Virus record (IMG/VR): IMGVR_UViG_3300030104_006883
Span: 1 to 64,000 of that record
DNA: 64,000 bases
DNA from: a virus
Strand: one strand, 5' to 3'
A program made the translations under genes and the position numbers. Positions within the stretch are counted from its first letter, which is position 1; each line of letters starts with the position of its first letter. The notes beneath the pieces were generated by a model, which did no database searches, was not told where the DNA came from, and was given only the letters and a program-made list of their open reading frames with translations. Below are positions 8,439-16,602 of the stretch, in pieces.

Positions 8439-8618
8439 ATGAAGCGCACTATGTCTTATAAGAACCGTAACTTTGCGGTAACTGCCGAGGTGGACACTAC
8501 AGCCAAGAAGGCTGGTAGCAACACCTTCAAGGTTCGCCAGGGACGTAGCACTCAGGTTTATAACCGCCGCTACGCACGGGTTCTTCGTGACCAGCTTAAT
8601 ACTTTCCTCGGAGAGTAA
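8439..8618 (+). CDS. Basic 59-aa protein, possible nucleic-acid binder
   Basis: Promoter 8383, AAGGAGGT SD; MKRTMSYKNRNF... Confidence 0.7.
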   Translation: MKRTMSYKNRNFAVTAEVDTTAKKAGSNTFKVRQGRSTQVYNRRYARVLRDQLNTFLGE

Positions 8619-8822
8619 AAAGTAAAAAAACCACGCAATTCCGCGTGTTTATAGCTCCTGGGTAAGAGCAAGGTTATGCTAAACTGCCCAACCTACACAA
8701 ATTAGGCGAAAATAATTGTCTAATGATTTCCACTACTTAATAGAGTTTTCTCTAGGTGGAGATAAAAAAACTTTGACTCTCGGCCCATTGTGCTTATAAT
8801 GGTTACACAAGGAGGCAGAGAA

Positions 8823-8918
8823 ATGACGGATGAAGAACTTCGCGAAGCACTCAGGCTTCTTCTAAAGGTCTGGGAGAAGGGAGGCAAAGAAGCCGCCGAG
8901 GCTTTGTTGGCCAAGTAG
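8823..8918 (+). CDS. 31-aa helical peptide
   Basis: Promoter 8773, GGAGG SD; MTDEELREALRLLLKVWEKGGKEAAEALLAK*. Confidence 0.6.
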   Translation: MTDEELREALRLLLKVWEKGGKEAAEALLAK

Positions 8919-9039
8919 AAAAAAAAGCTTGACTCCCGCCTCATAGGCATTATAATGAGAGGGAGACAGACAGAAACCCTAGCGAGGAGAATAGAAATAA
9001 ATAATTGACAGAGCGTACCCACCATGATAAGATGGTCGG

Positions 9040-9195
9040 GGCTTGCTCTCTCAGAGACGGGTTATCCAACGTCCGCCAGCTAGGAAACCGTGAGAGAGTA
9101 TTGAAAAGGGAATCGCTCCCCCTTCCGGAGACAGTGTGCGGACAAACTAACCAATCAACACGGGCTGGGCAACCCTGCAAAACTGCCCAGTTTTT
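9040..9195 (+). ncRNA. Candidate small RNA with own promoter and terminator
   Basis: Promoter 9005-9033; 10-bp stem 9044-9053/9091-9100 with nested hairpin; further hairpins; no SD-led ORF. Confidence 0.55.
9165..9195 (+). terminator. Intrinsic terminator
   Basis: CTGGGCA-N12-TGCCCAG followed by TTTTT. Confidence 0.65.
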
Positions 9196-9197
9196 AA

Positions 9198-9375
9198 ATT
9201 CGTATCTTCTACCCTGGGGTGGTGGAACCTTCTGAAGACGTTCAGATGTGGGCTCGCAATTATCACGCGAGCACATATGGAGAGACACGCCTCTGATGAT
9301 AAAGAGGTGCTAGACGGATGCCGATTCCGTCAGCGTGCCAGTTCGAATCTGGCCTCCAGGGTAGAATATATGAAT
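9198..9375 (+). ncRNA. tRNA-like RNA with expanded multi-hairpin core
   Basis: 13-bp terminal stem 9207-9219/9354-9366; T-arm GCCAG-TTCGAAT-CTGGC 9337-9353; GG-containing D-loop-like segment; four internal hairpins. Confidence 0.65.
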
Positions 9376-9506
9376 ACTTTCAAGCACTTAGAAAAAAAGT
9401 GCAAAAGAAGTAAAAAAATACTTTACTTCGCTGCTCAGGTTGTTACTATACATGTGTCGGCAGGGATGACCGACAAACCTTCAACCCTTATCAAAGGGAG
9501 GCCATC

Positions 9507-9851
9507 ATGGCCCAGTTCGCTTCTTCTTTCGGTTCCAAAGAGCGCAAGGCTAAGGCCAAGGCCCGTGGGGCAAGCTACTCGCACCGTCGTCAGTCCCGTG
9601 CGGGCGTCGTTCAGGTGTTCACCGCTGACCCTGGCTGCGAGGTCAACGTCATCCGTGACGGTGATACCTTCATCGTCGCCACCTTCCGCAACGGTCGTAT
9701 GGCTGGACAGCCCTCCGTCCACAAACATGGGTACCAGGCTGCTCGTGAGAGCGCTCAGACGCTCGCCAAGGTACTGAAGTCCAGTGCCCGCCCTGACCCG
9801 CGCAGCGAGGTCATGCGTATGGCAGACGCCCTGCTCGCGGACCTGTCCTAG
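9507..9851 (+). CDS. Basic hypothetical protein
   Basis: Promoter 9422, GGGAGG SD, strongly biased codons. Confidence 0.75.
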   Translation: MAQFASSFGSKERKAKAKARGASYSHRRQSRAGVVQVFTADPGCEVNVIRDGDTFIVATFRNGRMAGQPSVHKHGYQAARESAQTLAKVLKSSARPDPRSEVMRMADALLADLS

Positions 9852-9974
9852 TACTGAACAAATGTCTGAAAAACGACATAACAATAAATAAAAGTATTGC
9901 GTTCTCTCCTCGGCTATGGCATTATATATACATGGTCGAGGGAGAATGAACTCCCCGGCTGACCCGCGAGGGAT

Positions 9975-10739
9975 ATGATGAGCGACCTGACTCTTCACGG
10001 TGAGAACGTTGAGGGCCTCTGCATCAAGATGGCCAAGCAGCACGTTCGCAACGGACTTCAGTTCGATGACCTGCTCCAGCAGGCTCGCATGGGTGCTGTC
10101 ATTGCAGCACAGAACTACGACCCCACCAAGGGTGCCAAGTTCTCGACCCATGCTTACATGTCCATTCGCGCCTACTGCCAGCAGGCTGTCCAGGCTAACC
10201 GGGCTGCGTCTGGTTCTTCCCGTCTGGCCAAGGCCCTGTTTCACAAGCTTCCTGCCTGCCAGCGTGAGCTTCAGACCCAGGGGCTTGACGTGAACCCTCA
10301 CAACATCGCAGAGTGGCTGGAGGCCAATAGCAATTGGTCTGTCTCCACCTCCGAGGTCGAGCAGGCTCTTCTGATTGTCAAGGAGCGCACCGTCTCCATG
10401 TCCAAGCCTATGGGCGACAGTGACAAAAATAACTTTGGTGATACCCTGGTGTCCCGTGAGTTGAGCCAGCACGAGAAGCTTGTGCGCACCCGACGAGCCG
10501 AGGCTATCCGTGACGCCATGTCCACCTTCCTGGTGTCCTTCCTTCCCACGAAGCAGCGACGTGCACACAACAAGTACGTGGCAGTCTTCAACGGTCGCCT
10601 GCTTCCCATCCTGAATGGAGAGGATGTGCTGACCTTGGAAGAGGTCGCTGATTCTCTGGGTACTTCAAAGCAGCGTGTTGGCCAGATTGAGAATGACCTG
10701 AAGAACGCTCTGAAGAATCACATGAAGGGGAACCTTTAA
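9975..10739 (+). CDS. Sigma-70 family RNA polymerase sigma factor (group 3/RpoH-SigB-like), divergent
   Basis: Region 2 DDLLQQARMGAVIAAQNYDPTKGAKFSTHA; region 3 SMSKPMGD; region 4 LTLEEVADSLGTSKQRVGQIE. Confidence 0.85.
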   Translation: MMSDLTLHGENVEGLCIKMAKQHVRNGLQFDDLLQQARMGAVIAAQNYDPTKGAKFSTHAYMSIRAYCQQAVQANRAASGSSRLAKALFHKLPACQRELQTQGLDVNPHNIAEWLEANSNWSVSTSEVEQALLIVKERTVSMSKPMGDSDKNNFGDTLVSRELSQHEKLVRTRRAEAIRDAMSTFLVSFLPTKQRRAHNKYVAVFNGRLLPILNGEDVLTLEEVADSLGTSKQRVGQIENDLKNALKNHMKGNL

Positions 10740-10740
10740 A

Positions 10741-10980
10741 ATGATTAACAAGACCAAGACTTACGGGTTCACCCTAGACTTCTATCTTGACGTGGGTATC
10801 CTCCTCTCAGAAAAGTACAAGGGTCGTGTTGACTATGGCTTCAAGCTTGGGGATGTCCTTGACGCTCGGCAGTATATCGTGAAGGAGTTGTGTCTTCGCG
10901 AGTCATGGAAGGACAGCGAATGTCTGGCGCGTCTGTGTGAATCGTTTCTGCGGCGCTGGGCTTATAAAATGAAAGACTAA
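10741..10980 (+). CDS. Hypothetical protein
   Basis: Directly follows the sigma gene. Confidence 0.6.
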   Translation: MINKTKTYGFTLDFYLDVGILLSEKYKGRVDYGFKLGDVLDARQYIVKELCLRESWKDSECLARLCESFLRRWAYKMKD

Positions 10981-11003
10981 AAAGAAAAGCTTGACAACCA
11001 AGA

Positions 11004-11057
11004 GGGAGGTCCCCCCTCCCCCCTACCTACCCGGAATGTAATCCCTAGTGATTCCGG
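11004..11057. other. GC-rich inverted repeats at a compositional boundary
   Basis: GGGAGG/CCTCCC hairpin, C-tract, CCGGAAT-N13-ATTCCGG. Confidence 0.55.
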
Positions 11058-11141
11058 GCACTTAGGAGCCGACCTAGACCCTGCGTTATATCGCCAGGAA
11101 ATTTTCCAGATTTTGTAACCCCGTAACCACTAGTTATTATT

Positions 11142-11375
11142 ATGGAAGAAAACACTACGGGGGAGCTACAACAGGAAAATCATTCCGAGATTGTAGACAA
11201 ATTAAAAAAAGAAATTGATAAGCTAAAGGCAAACGTCGATCGACTAGCTAACCGTTTACTTGAAGAGAAAACAGAAAAACAGTTGCTACAGATAATGGCC
11301 GATATAAAGAACGGCAATGATCCGAACGAGAAACCATGGCCTATAGAGCGTCAAAAGCCCAGCAAGGGCGAATAA
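11142..11375 (+). CDS. Coiled-coil hypothetical protein
   Basis: Heptad pattern. Confidence 0.6.
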   Translation: MEENTTGELQQENHSEIVDKLKKEIDKLKANVDRLANRLLEEKTEKQLLQIMADIKNGNDPNEKPWPIERQKPSKGE

Positions 11376-11442
11376 ACGGCTATTCCTGCCATTTTAAACC
11401 TATGCCTATAATTGGCAACGCCAAAAATACCGGGAAAAAAAT

Positions 11443-11691
11443 TTAGGATTCCGAGACTACGATTAGGTTGTTGACTGGCTGCACTTGATCGGGCTGTCCT
11501 TTGAACTCTTCGAATTTGATCCACTCTATTTCTGCATAATCTTCGTAGTAATGCTTTGCCTTGGCAGTCTTAAGCGTTGCGCTTTGGAATAATTTAGTAA
11601 TAACCCCTAAACAAGGAAGATAATGTATGTTAAAATTTCTTCCTGGGTATTTGCTTTTTATACTTACTAAATCACCAACCTTGATGTCCAT
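11443..11691 (-). CDS. KOW/SH3-like protein (solo copy)
   Basis: MDIKVGDLV...GVI...IEW...LIVVSES. Confidence 0.7.
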   Translation of the reverse strand: MDIKVGDLVSIKSKYPGRNFNIHYLPCLGVITKLFQSATLKTAKAKHYYEDYAEIEWIKFEEFKGQPDQVQPVNNLIVVSES

Positions 11692-11723
11692 GTAAGTAAT
11701 TAGAATTTTAGGAACTAATTATT

Positions 11724-11945
11724 ATGAATGAAATGGCTTACGATACAACAAATTTAATTGACTTTACCTTAATAAAGTTAAAGAGGATGCGCGACGAAGC
11801 GCGAAAGATAGCATGGTTCGACATGGTAGCACAATTAGAAATGGCTATAGAATTGTACGAACAAGGAAGAGCGACAATAGATTGGGTGGACGGTGAGCCA
11901 CTACTTACACTAAGGAGTGTACTAGATGATAATCAAGAAAAATAG
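11724..11945 (+). CDS. Hypothetical protein
   Basis: Motif-preceded ORF. Confidence 0.65.
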   Translation: MNEMAYDTTNLIDFTLIKLKRMRDEARKIAWFDMVAQLEMAIELYEQGRATIDWVDGEPLLTLRSVLDDNQEK

Positions 11946-12240
11946 ATTGGTAGAGATAATCAAAGAAGAGCTAGCTAGGTTTGAAGAGGTTGCAAATATT
12001 GGAGCCGACGTAAACTCTAGCTATAAAGAAGGGTATGACTACGAAGACGACGGATACGCTGATGATGAGATGGAGCATAGGAGAGACGCCTACGAAGAAG
12101 AGCATGGAGAACGCATGCCGAATCCATTGATTAAGCCGTCCGAACGTCTATCCGGACAGGAGCAAGCTGATAACTTTTTTCGTTCGATGTACGAGAAAGG
12201 TTGGAAAGGGCCTGGTACACCTTGGCCTAAGTCTGAGTAA
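11926..12240 (+). CDS. Acidic protein with IIKEEL-type leader
   Basis: MIIKKNRLVEIIKEELARFEE. Confidence 0.65.
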   Translation: MIIKKNRLVEIIKEELARFEEVANIGADVNSSYKEGYDYEDDGYADDEMEHRRDAYEEEHGERMPNPLIKPSERLSGQEQADNFFRSMYEKGWKGPGTPWPKSE

Positions 12241-12255
12241 CACCGGAGACAAAAC

Positions 12256-15200
12256 GTGAACTTTCAAGATAAGTGGAAAAATTTTTTAGTCGAGGTTTCC
12301 TCGGCAGATGCAATGCAAAATCTAAGGGGCTCGGCTGGGGATAAAATCCTTAACGCCTGGGCCTACGATATGCTTCAAAAAGCCAAAGAACAGATGGCGG
12401 ACTTAGAAAATCCGGACTATTATGCTCCGGGTGACGGTCCCGACCAGGACCAGATAGACTACGCCGAAGAAGTGGCGGCTACATATGCACTGATGATGCC
12501 AGGAAAAAAATTCCGAAATAGGTACGGTCCTGAACTTAAGGGCATGATAGCAGACACTATTGAAGAAACGGTGATACCGCAAGATATAACGGATAATCAA
12601 AAGGGCGCAGCAATACTTTGGTTTGTTCGTATACTTCGAAAAAACGTAAAGGTAAAAACAACCATGGCGCAAGCCGTTTCGTCACTTCGAGACCATATCG
12701 TGTCCACAGAGGCTAGTCATGCACTTGATACAGCACTACTCGACATAGATGCTTCTGATATGACCAACTACCTTTTCTCTGTAAATCGGAGTCTTGAAAT
12801 GTTCTTCCAGTACCCAGATTTTATGGGAACCAAGGACTTAAATAGAATCCAAAGTCCAGACCAGTTACTTGATATTACTGACAAGGCTTGGCCGGACATT
12901 AAAGCGTATCAAGAAAAACAGAAATTTTTAGATGCTACGGAAGGCACTGAAGTGTTCAGGGATGATGATGAGTGGTATATTGCTGCTATACACAACAAAG
13001 GAGCAGCCTGTGAGCTTGGAAAAGGTACCGAGTGGTGTACTGCGGCACCTGGGTTGGATTATTTTGCTCAATACTACAAGCCTGGCGATCCCTTATTCGT
13101 TTTCGTTCCGAAAAATGACCCTAAGAATAAGTTCCAGTTTCATTACGGTACAAAACAATTTATGGACCGAGGAGATCGTGAGATTTCGGACGAAAAGGTC
13201 GGCAAACTTCATCAATTATTGAGTAAAACGAAAGCTAAACAAAAATATAAAATTATCTCAATGTATGATGACACCATACTTTCTAAGGACCCGAACATAT
13301 CAGAAGAAGACGCAGTTAGAATATACAATAGCAGTGCGTCACTTGATATGATGCTTGGATTGCTTGAAAACCCTGGCACTCCTGCTGGTTTGTTAGCTAA
13401 CGCTGAAAAGACAATGGGAGTCACTTCTCCTGAAGATGATCGTCGCAATGATGTGAATATGACTGTTTGGGCAGTTACGAAAGCACTCATAAATAACCCT
13501 TCTACACCTACCGAAACTATCGTAAGAATAATGGATAAATTTGATGTTAAAAAGAATCCAAACGTTAGAAAGCTTACTAGTAATCAGATGTATATACCGA
13601 TTTTAAGTCATCCAAATATGCCGGTCGATATTGTTAAAAAAATTCTTTTAGGTGGGAGTGACTACAATGTAGGCTTCTCTTGGAAAGCACGAGGGGAAAT
13701 ATTTAAACATCCAAAATTGGATGATGCCTTCCTATCAGAGTTTGCTACAGAAGAATTTAAAAACGATTGGACTGATATCCTTGCAAATCCTAACTTAGGA
13801 AATAAAACATTTGAAAAGATGTTGCAGAACGAAGATTTTAGCAGCATCGTTGGGCTAGTTTCTCTTAAGGAGTTTTTACCCGCGTTATTAGAAAATCCAA
13901 AAATAAAGCCAAGTGCCATAATGAAACTCTACAAAATTGAAAAGAAATCGCTAGAGAAAGAGTGGGACAGAATTGGCATGACTGACGGTAACTGGCAGAC
14001 AAAGCACAGCGAAGAGATTCTAAAGCAGATTGAAAATAGTCCTAAGTTTGTAAAAAAAGAAAACTTCCATAAGAAATGGAAAAGCAAACTTAAAGAACAA
14101 ACAACTATCCTTGGTTTATCTAATAAATACAATAACTTAGGGCAAGCAATAAACGACAAAAGAGTTGTTATTATATTTTACGAAGGGGACGATACAATTA
14201 GCAGAGGAGCTAGAGCAATTGAGCCTGTAGTCCTTGGGACACATTTCCAATCCGGAAATCCAGTTGTTCGAGCATGGCAGATTCAAGGAGCTTCCGACTC
14301 GCCGGACAACCTCCCCGGATGGCGCTTGTTTAGAGTGGATCGTATTGGAAGTTTAAGAACTACAGAGGACACGTTCAGCACTCCTCGCCCAAAATATGAT
14401 CCTAACGATGATCATATAACATCCCAAGACGCGACAGCGCAGTTCGGTGCAGCACTACAAGAAACAAAAAATAGTCGTTTAAAATTAGCTGTTTACGAAC
14501 AAAAAGTTGTAAAGAACTTTAAACAACTAAGAAAGTTTGTAAAGGAACAAGAGTCAAGAAAAGAAAAAGATTTGAACACGTATAGTGCTATAAGGCAAGC
14601 AACTAAGGAAAGAGAAGAAGAAGAATACGAGATAGAGAAAGAAAAAGCTTATTCCCAACGAGCACTAGAGAAAGGTAATGAAACCTACGTTCAAAACATC
14701 CGAAAGATTCTAGAGAATGTTACCATGACGCAACTACCGGATTTTTTTGATGTAGATAAAGGAAAATTAAAAGTGGCAAGAGATCCGGATGAGTTTCTGG
14801 ATAAAAACATTTCAGTCTTTTTAGACGTTGCAGACGAGATTCCCTCCGATAACCCATTGAAATCAAACAAGATTACTGGCCTTTTGGGCTCTGGGGCTTA
14901 CGGGGTCGTATTTGAGTTAAACAACGGTCATGCTCTCAAGCTATTTTCCGGAGGTATAAGAGGAGAAGCGGCAGAAGAAGAAATACAATGGTACAAAGAA
15001 ATGAAAAGCGATCAATTTACAGGAGCTTCCCGAAGAGGAGAGCTTGCTGTCTTTGGCTCAGGTAATTTATCGACTAGCAACTTTGATGTTGCTTGGGCAG
15101 AAATTGGAAAAGTAGTACCACTTAAGGCTTGGGCCAAGCAAAAAGGCACGAATCCCATGTTGACTGCGATGCATTTTAATGGCGTGCACAGCCATCTGTC

Positions 15201-15516
15201 TGACTTAGCATTTTCTTATAACCCGCACCAGTTAGATTCAGACATAGAGCCGATTAAAGAGAATCCAAGTAGTAAAGATAAAATTCAATATGTAAAATAT
15301 CTTTTAGGACTTGTTCATAAAAGCCCAGTTGGACTTCCCAAAGAATCGCAGCATGGATATAACACAGTTACTTTAGCTAAAATGCTTAGAGAGGTCTTGG
15401 AGATTGCTGTTAAAAAGGGTGATCGCTTAGTGTTTGATACAGAGACGGCAGATGTCCACGCCGGAAATATAGGATTCCATTTAGCAGATGACCAGCCAGT
15501 AGTATTTGATAGATGA
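12256..15516 (+). CDS. Multidomain protein: PcfJ-like, LRV-like repeats, WYL domain, protein-kinase-like domain
   Basis: EWCTAA motif; six xLxNP/HP repeats; RAIEP...RAWQ...WRLFRVDRI; LGSGAYGVV, ALK, DVHAGN, VVFD. Confidence 0.8.
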   Translation: MNFQDKWKNFLVEVSSADAMQNLRGSAGDKILNAWAYDMLQKAKEQMADLENPDYYAPGDGPDQDQIDYAEEVAATYALMMPGKKFRNRYGPELKGMIADTIEETVIPQDITDNQKGAAILWFVRILRKNVKVKTTMAQAVSSLRDHIVSTEASHALDTALLDIDASDMTNYLFSVNRSLEMFFQYPDFMGTKDLNRIQSPDQLLDITDKAWPDIKAYQEKQKFLDATEGTEVFRDDDEWYIAAIHNKGAACELGKGTEWCTAAPGLDYFAQYYKPGDPLFVFVPKNDPKNKFQFHYGTKQFMDRGDREISDEKVGKLHQLLSKTKAKQKYKIISMYDDTILSKDPNISEEDAVRIYNSSASLDMMLGLLENPGTPAGLLANAEKTMGVTSPEDDRRNDVNMTVWAVTKALINNPSTPTETIVRIMDKFDVKKNPNVRKLTSNQMYIPILSHPNMPVDIVKKILLGGSDYNVGFSWKARGEIFKHPKLDDAFLSEFATEEFKNDWTDILANPNLGNKTFEKMLQNEDFSSIVGLVSLKEFLPALLENPKIKPSAIMKLYKIEKKSLEKEWDRIGMTDGNWQTKHSEEILKQIENSPKFVKKENFHKKWKSKLKEQTTILGLSNKYNNLGQAINDKRVVIIFYEGDDTISRGARAIEPVVLGTHFQSGNPVVRAWQIQGASDSPDNLPGWRLFRVDRIGSLRTTEDTFSTPRPKYDPNDDHITSQDATAQFGAALQETKNSRLKLAVYEQKVVKNFKQLRKFVKEQESRKEKDLNTYSAIRQATKEREEEEYEIEKEKAYSQRALEKGNETYVQNIRKILENVTMTQLPDFFDVDKGKLKVARDPDEFLDKNISVFLDVADEIPSDNPLKSNKITGLLGSGAYGVVFELNNGHALKLFSGGIRGEAAEEEIQWYKEMKSDQFTGASRRGELAVFGSGNLSTSNFDVAWAEIGKVVPLKAWAKQKGTNPMLTAMHFNGVHSHLSDLAFSYNPHQLDSDIEPIKENPSSKDKIQYVKYLLGLVHKSPVGLPKESQHGYNTVTLAKMLREVLEIAVKKGDRLVFDTETADVHAGNIGFHLADDQPVVFDR

Positions 15517-15517
15517 T

Positions 15518-15784
15518 ATGACTGAAGAAAAAATAACATTAGAGGGTTTAACACTGGAGGAGTTGATCGATACGCTCCAAAGAGAATTACAACTTTTAGT
15601 TGAAGAGAATACAAGACTCTTAGATAGAAACCTACAAATGCAAGATGAGATTGATAGCCTGTGGGCGATGATGGATGCAATGACAAACGCTGAAAAAGAG
15701 GCGTGGCTAGAAGTTCTAGATGATTTAGATACTGATACCGCTGTAAAGGCGATGATGATCACGAAGAAAAAGGCGGACTGTTAA
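15518..15784 (+). CDS. Coiled-coil hypothetical protein
   Basis: Heptad repeats. Confidence 0.65.
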   Translation: MTEEKITLEGLTLEELIDTLQRELQLLVEENTRLLDRNLQMQDEIDSLWAMMDAMTNAEKEAWLEVLDDLDTDTAVKAMMITKKKADC

Positions 15785-15831
15785 AAAATACTCAGAAACT
15801 ATTTACGGATATAAAGATCCCAGGATAGTTA

Positions 15832-16113
15832 ATGAAGTTTAAGATAGGTGATTTAGTCACTCTTAAAGACTCATCTAAAGAAAATCGTAAGCATACGGCT
15901 AGGCAGTGTAGGCTAGGTGTTATACTTGCTTATGAGACGCTTAACGATGTCTTGTTGTACAAAGTACACTGGTGGCCGTTTAATCAACCTTTCTATTTTG
16001 AAGGCCATGACCTAGAGATAGCATCTAGAGTCTTTTTACATGACCCTATACCCATAGGGGGTAGTGGCTCACTTATCATTGATGATGATTTTCCCATAGG
16101 ATCTAACGACTAG
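15832..16113 (+). CDS. KOW/SH3-like protein (solo copy)
   Basis: MKFKIGDLV...GVIL...VHW...DLEIAS. Confidence 0.7.
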   Translation: MKFKIGDLVTLKDSSKENRKHTARQCRLGVILAYETLNDVLLYKVHWWPFNQPFYFEGHDLEIASRVFLHDPIPIGGSGSLIIDDDFPIGSND

Positions 16114-16136
16114 CTTGTCTAGTAAGGAGGATTAGT

Positions 16137-16514
16137 ATGACAGTTGGAGCAGTAGGAGGGGTAGGGCCACAAGCAGCGCCCGTTAGTAATCCACAAGGTC
16201 AAGGGGCACCCAAGGAAGTAGCGCCCGTAGGGCAAGCAGAAAGTGCCCCACAAGGCGTTTCTAACGTAGACTCTAGGGAGGATACTATTTTGGGGCCAAA
16301 CTTTGATCCTATAACGGAAAGAATGAGCACTAAGGACTTCGTATCGTTAAGTCAAGGAATAGCCGGGGCTGAAGATTCCATGAAAACCATTAAGGATATG
16401 ATGAAACTTATTATGGCTCTGCAAATCTTAGAAAAAACCATGGAAGCTACCGCTGATATTATAGAAAACGTTCTAGGGAACGGTGATAACAAGATAAATA
16501 CCGGGGATATGTAA
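16137..16514 (+). CDS. Hypothetical protein
   Basis: AAGGAG-like SD, 125 aa. Confidence 0.65.
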   Translation: MTVGAVGGVGPQAAPVSNPQGQGAPKEVAPVGQAESAPQGVSNVDSREDTILGPNFDPITERMSTKDFVSLSQGIAGAEDSMKTIKDMMKLIMALQILEKTMEATADIIENVLGNGDNKINTGDM

Positions 16515-16516
16515 AC

Positions 16517-16575
16517 AAAAAATTTTGGAGAAGAAAATTTTCGGGTTTAATTTTTGGAGATTTAAATTTTTCGGG
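16517..16575. repeat. Tandem A/T-tract dimer (AATTTT(T)GGAGA...AAATTTT(T)CGGG) x2
   Basis: Read directly in the intergenic DNA. Confidence 0.7.
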
Positions 16576-16602
16576 AGCGTTCCGCTCCTACTAATTACCC
16601 AT

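Larger units (their letters stand above)
237..9449 (+). promoter_or_regulatory. Set of 22 sigma70-type early promoters, TT(T/G)AC(T/A/C)-N16-TA(T/C)(A/T/C)A(T/C)
   Basis: -35 starts at 237, 925, 1704, 2032, 3199*, 3320, 4579, 4933, 5568, 5981, 6431, 6587, 7005, 7342, 7583, 7828, 8083, 8383*, 8773, 8929, 9005*, 9422 (* = 17-bp spacer, the rest 16 bp); usually A-tract upstream and a GGAGG SD downstream. Confidence 0.85.

Noticed and set aside
9213-9361. Canonical tRNA, tRNA-Sec or second tmRNA
   Set aside because: Too long, no proper D-stem or U33 anticodon loop, no tag reading frame; kept as a tRNA-like RNA instead
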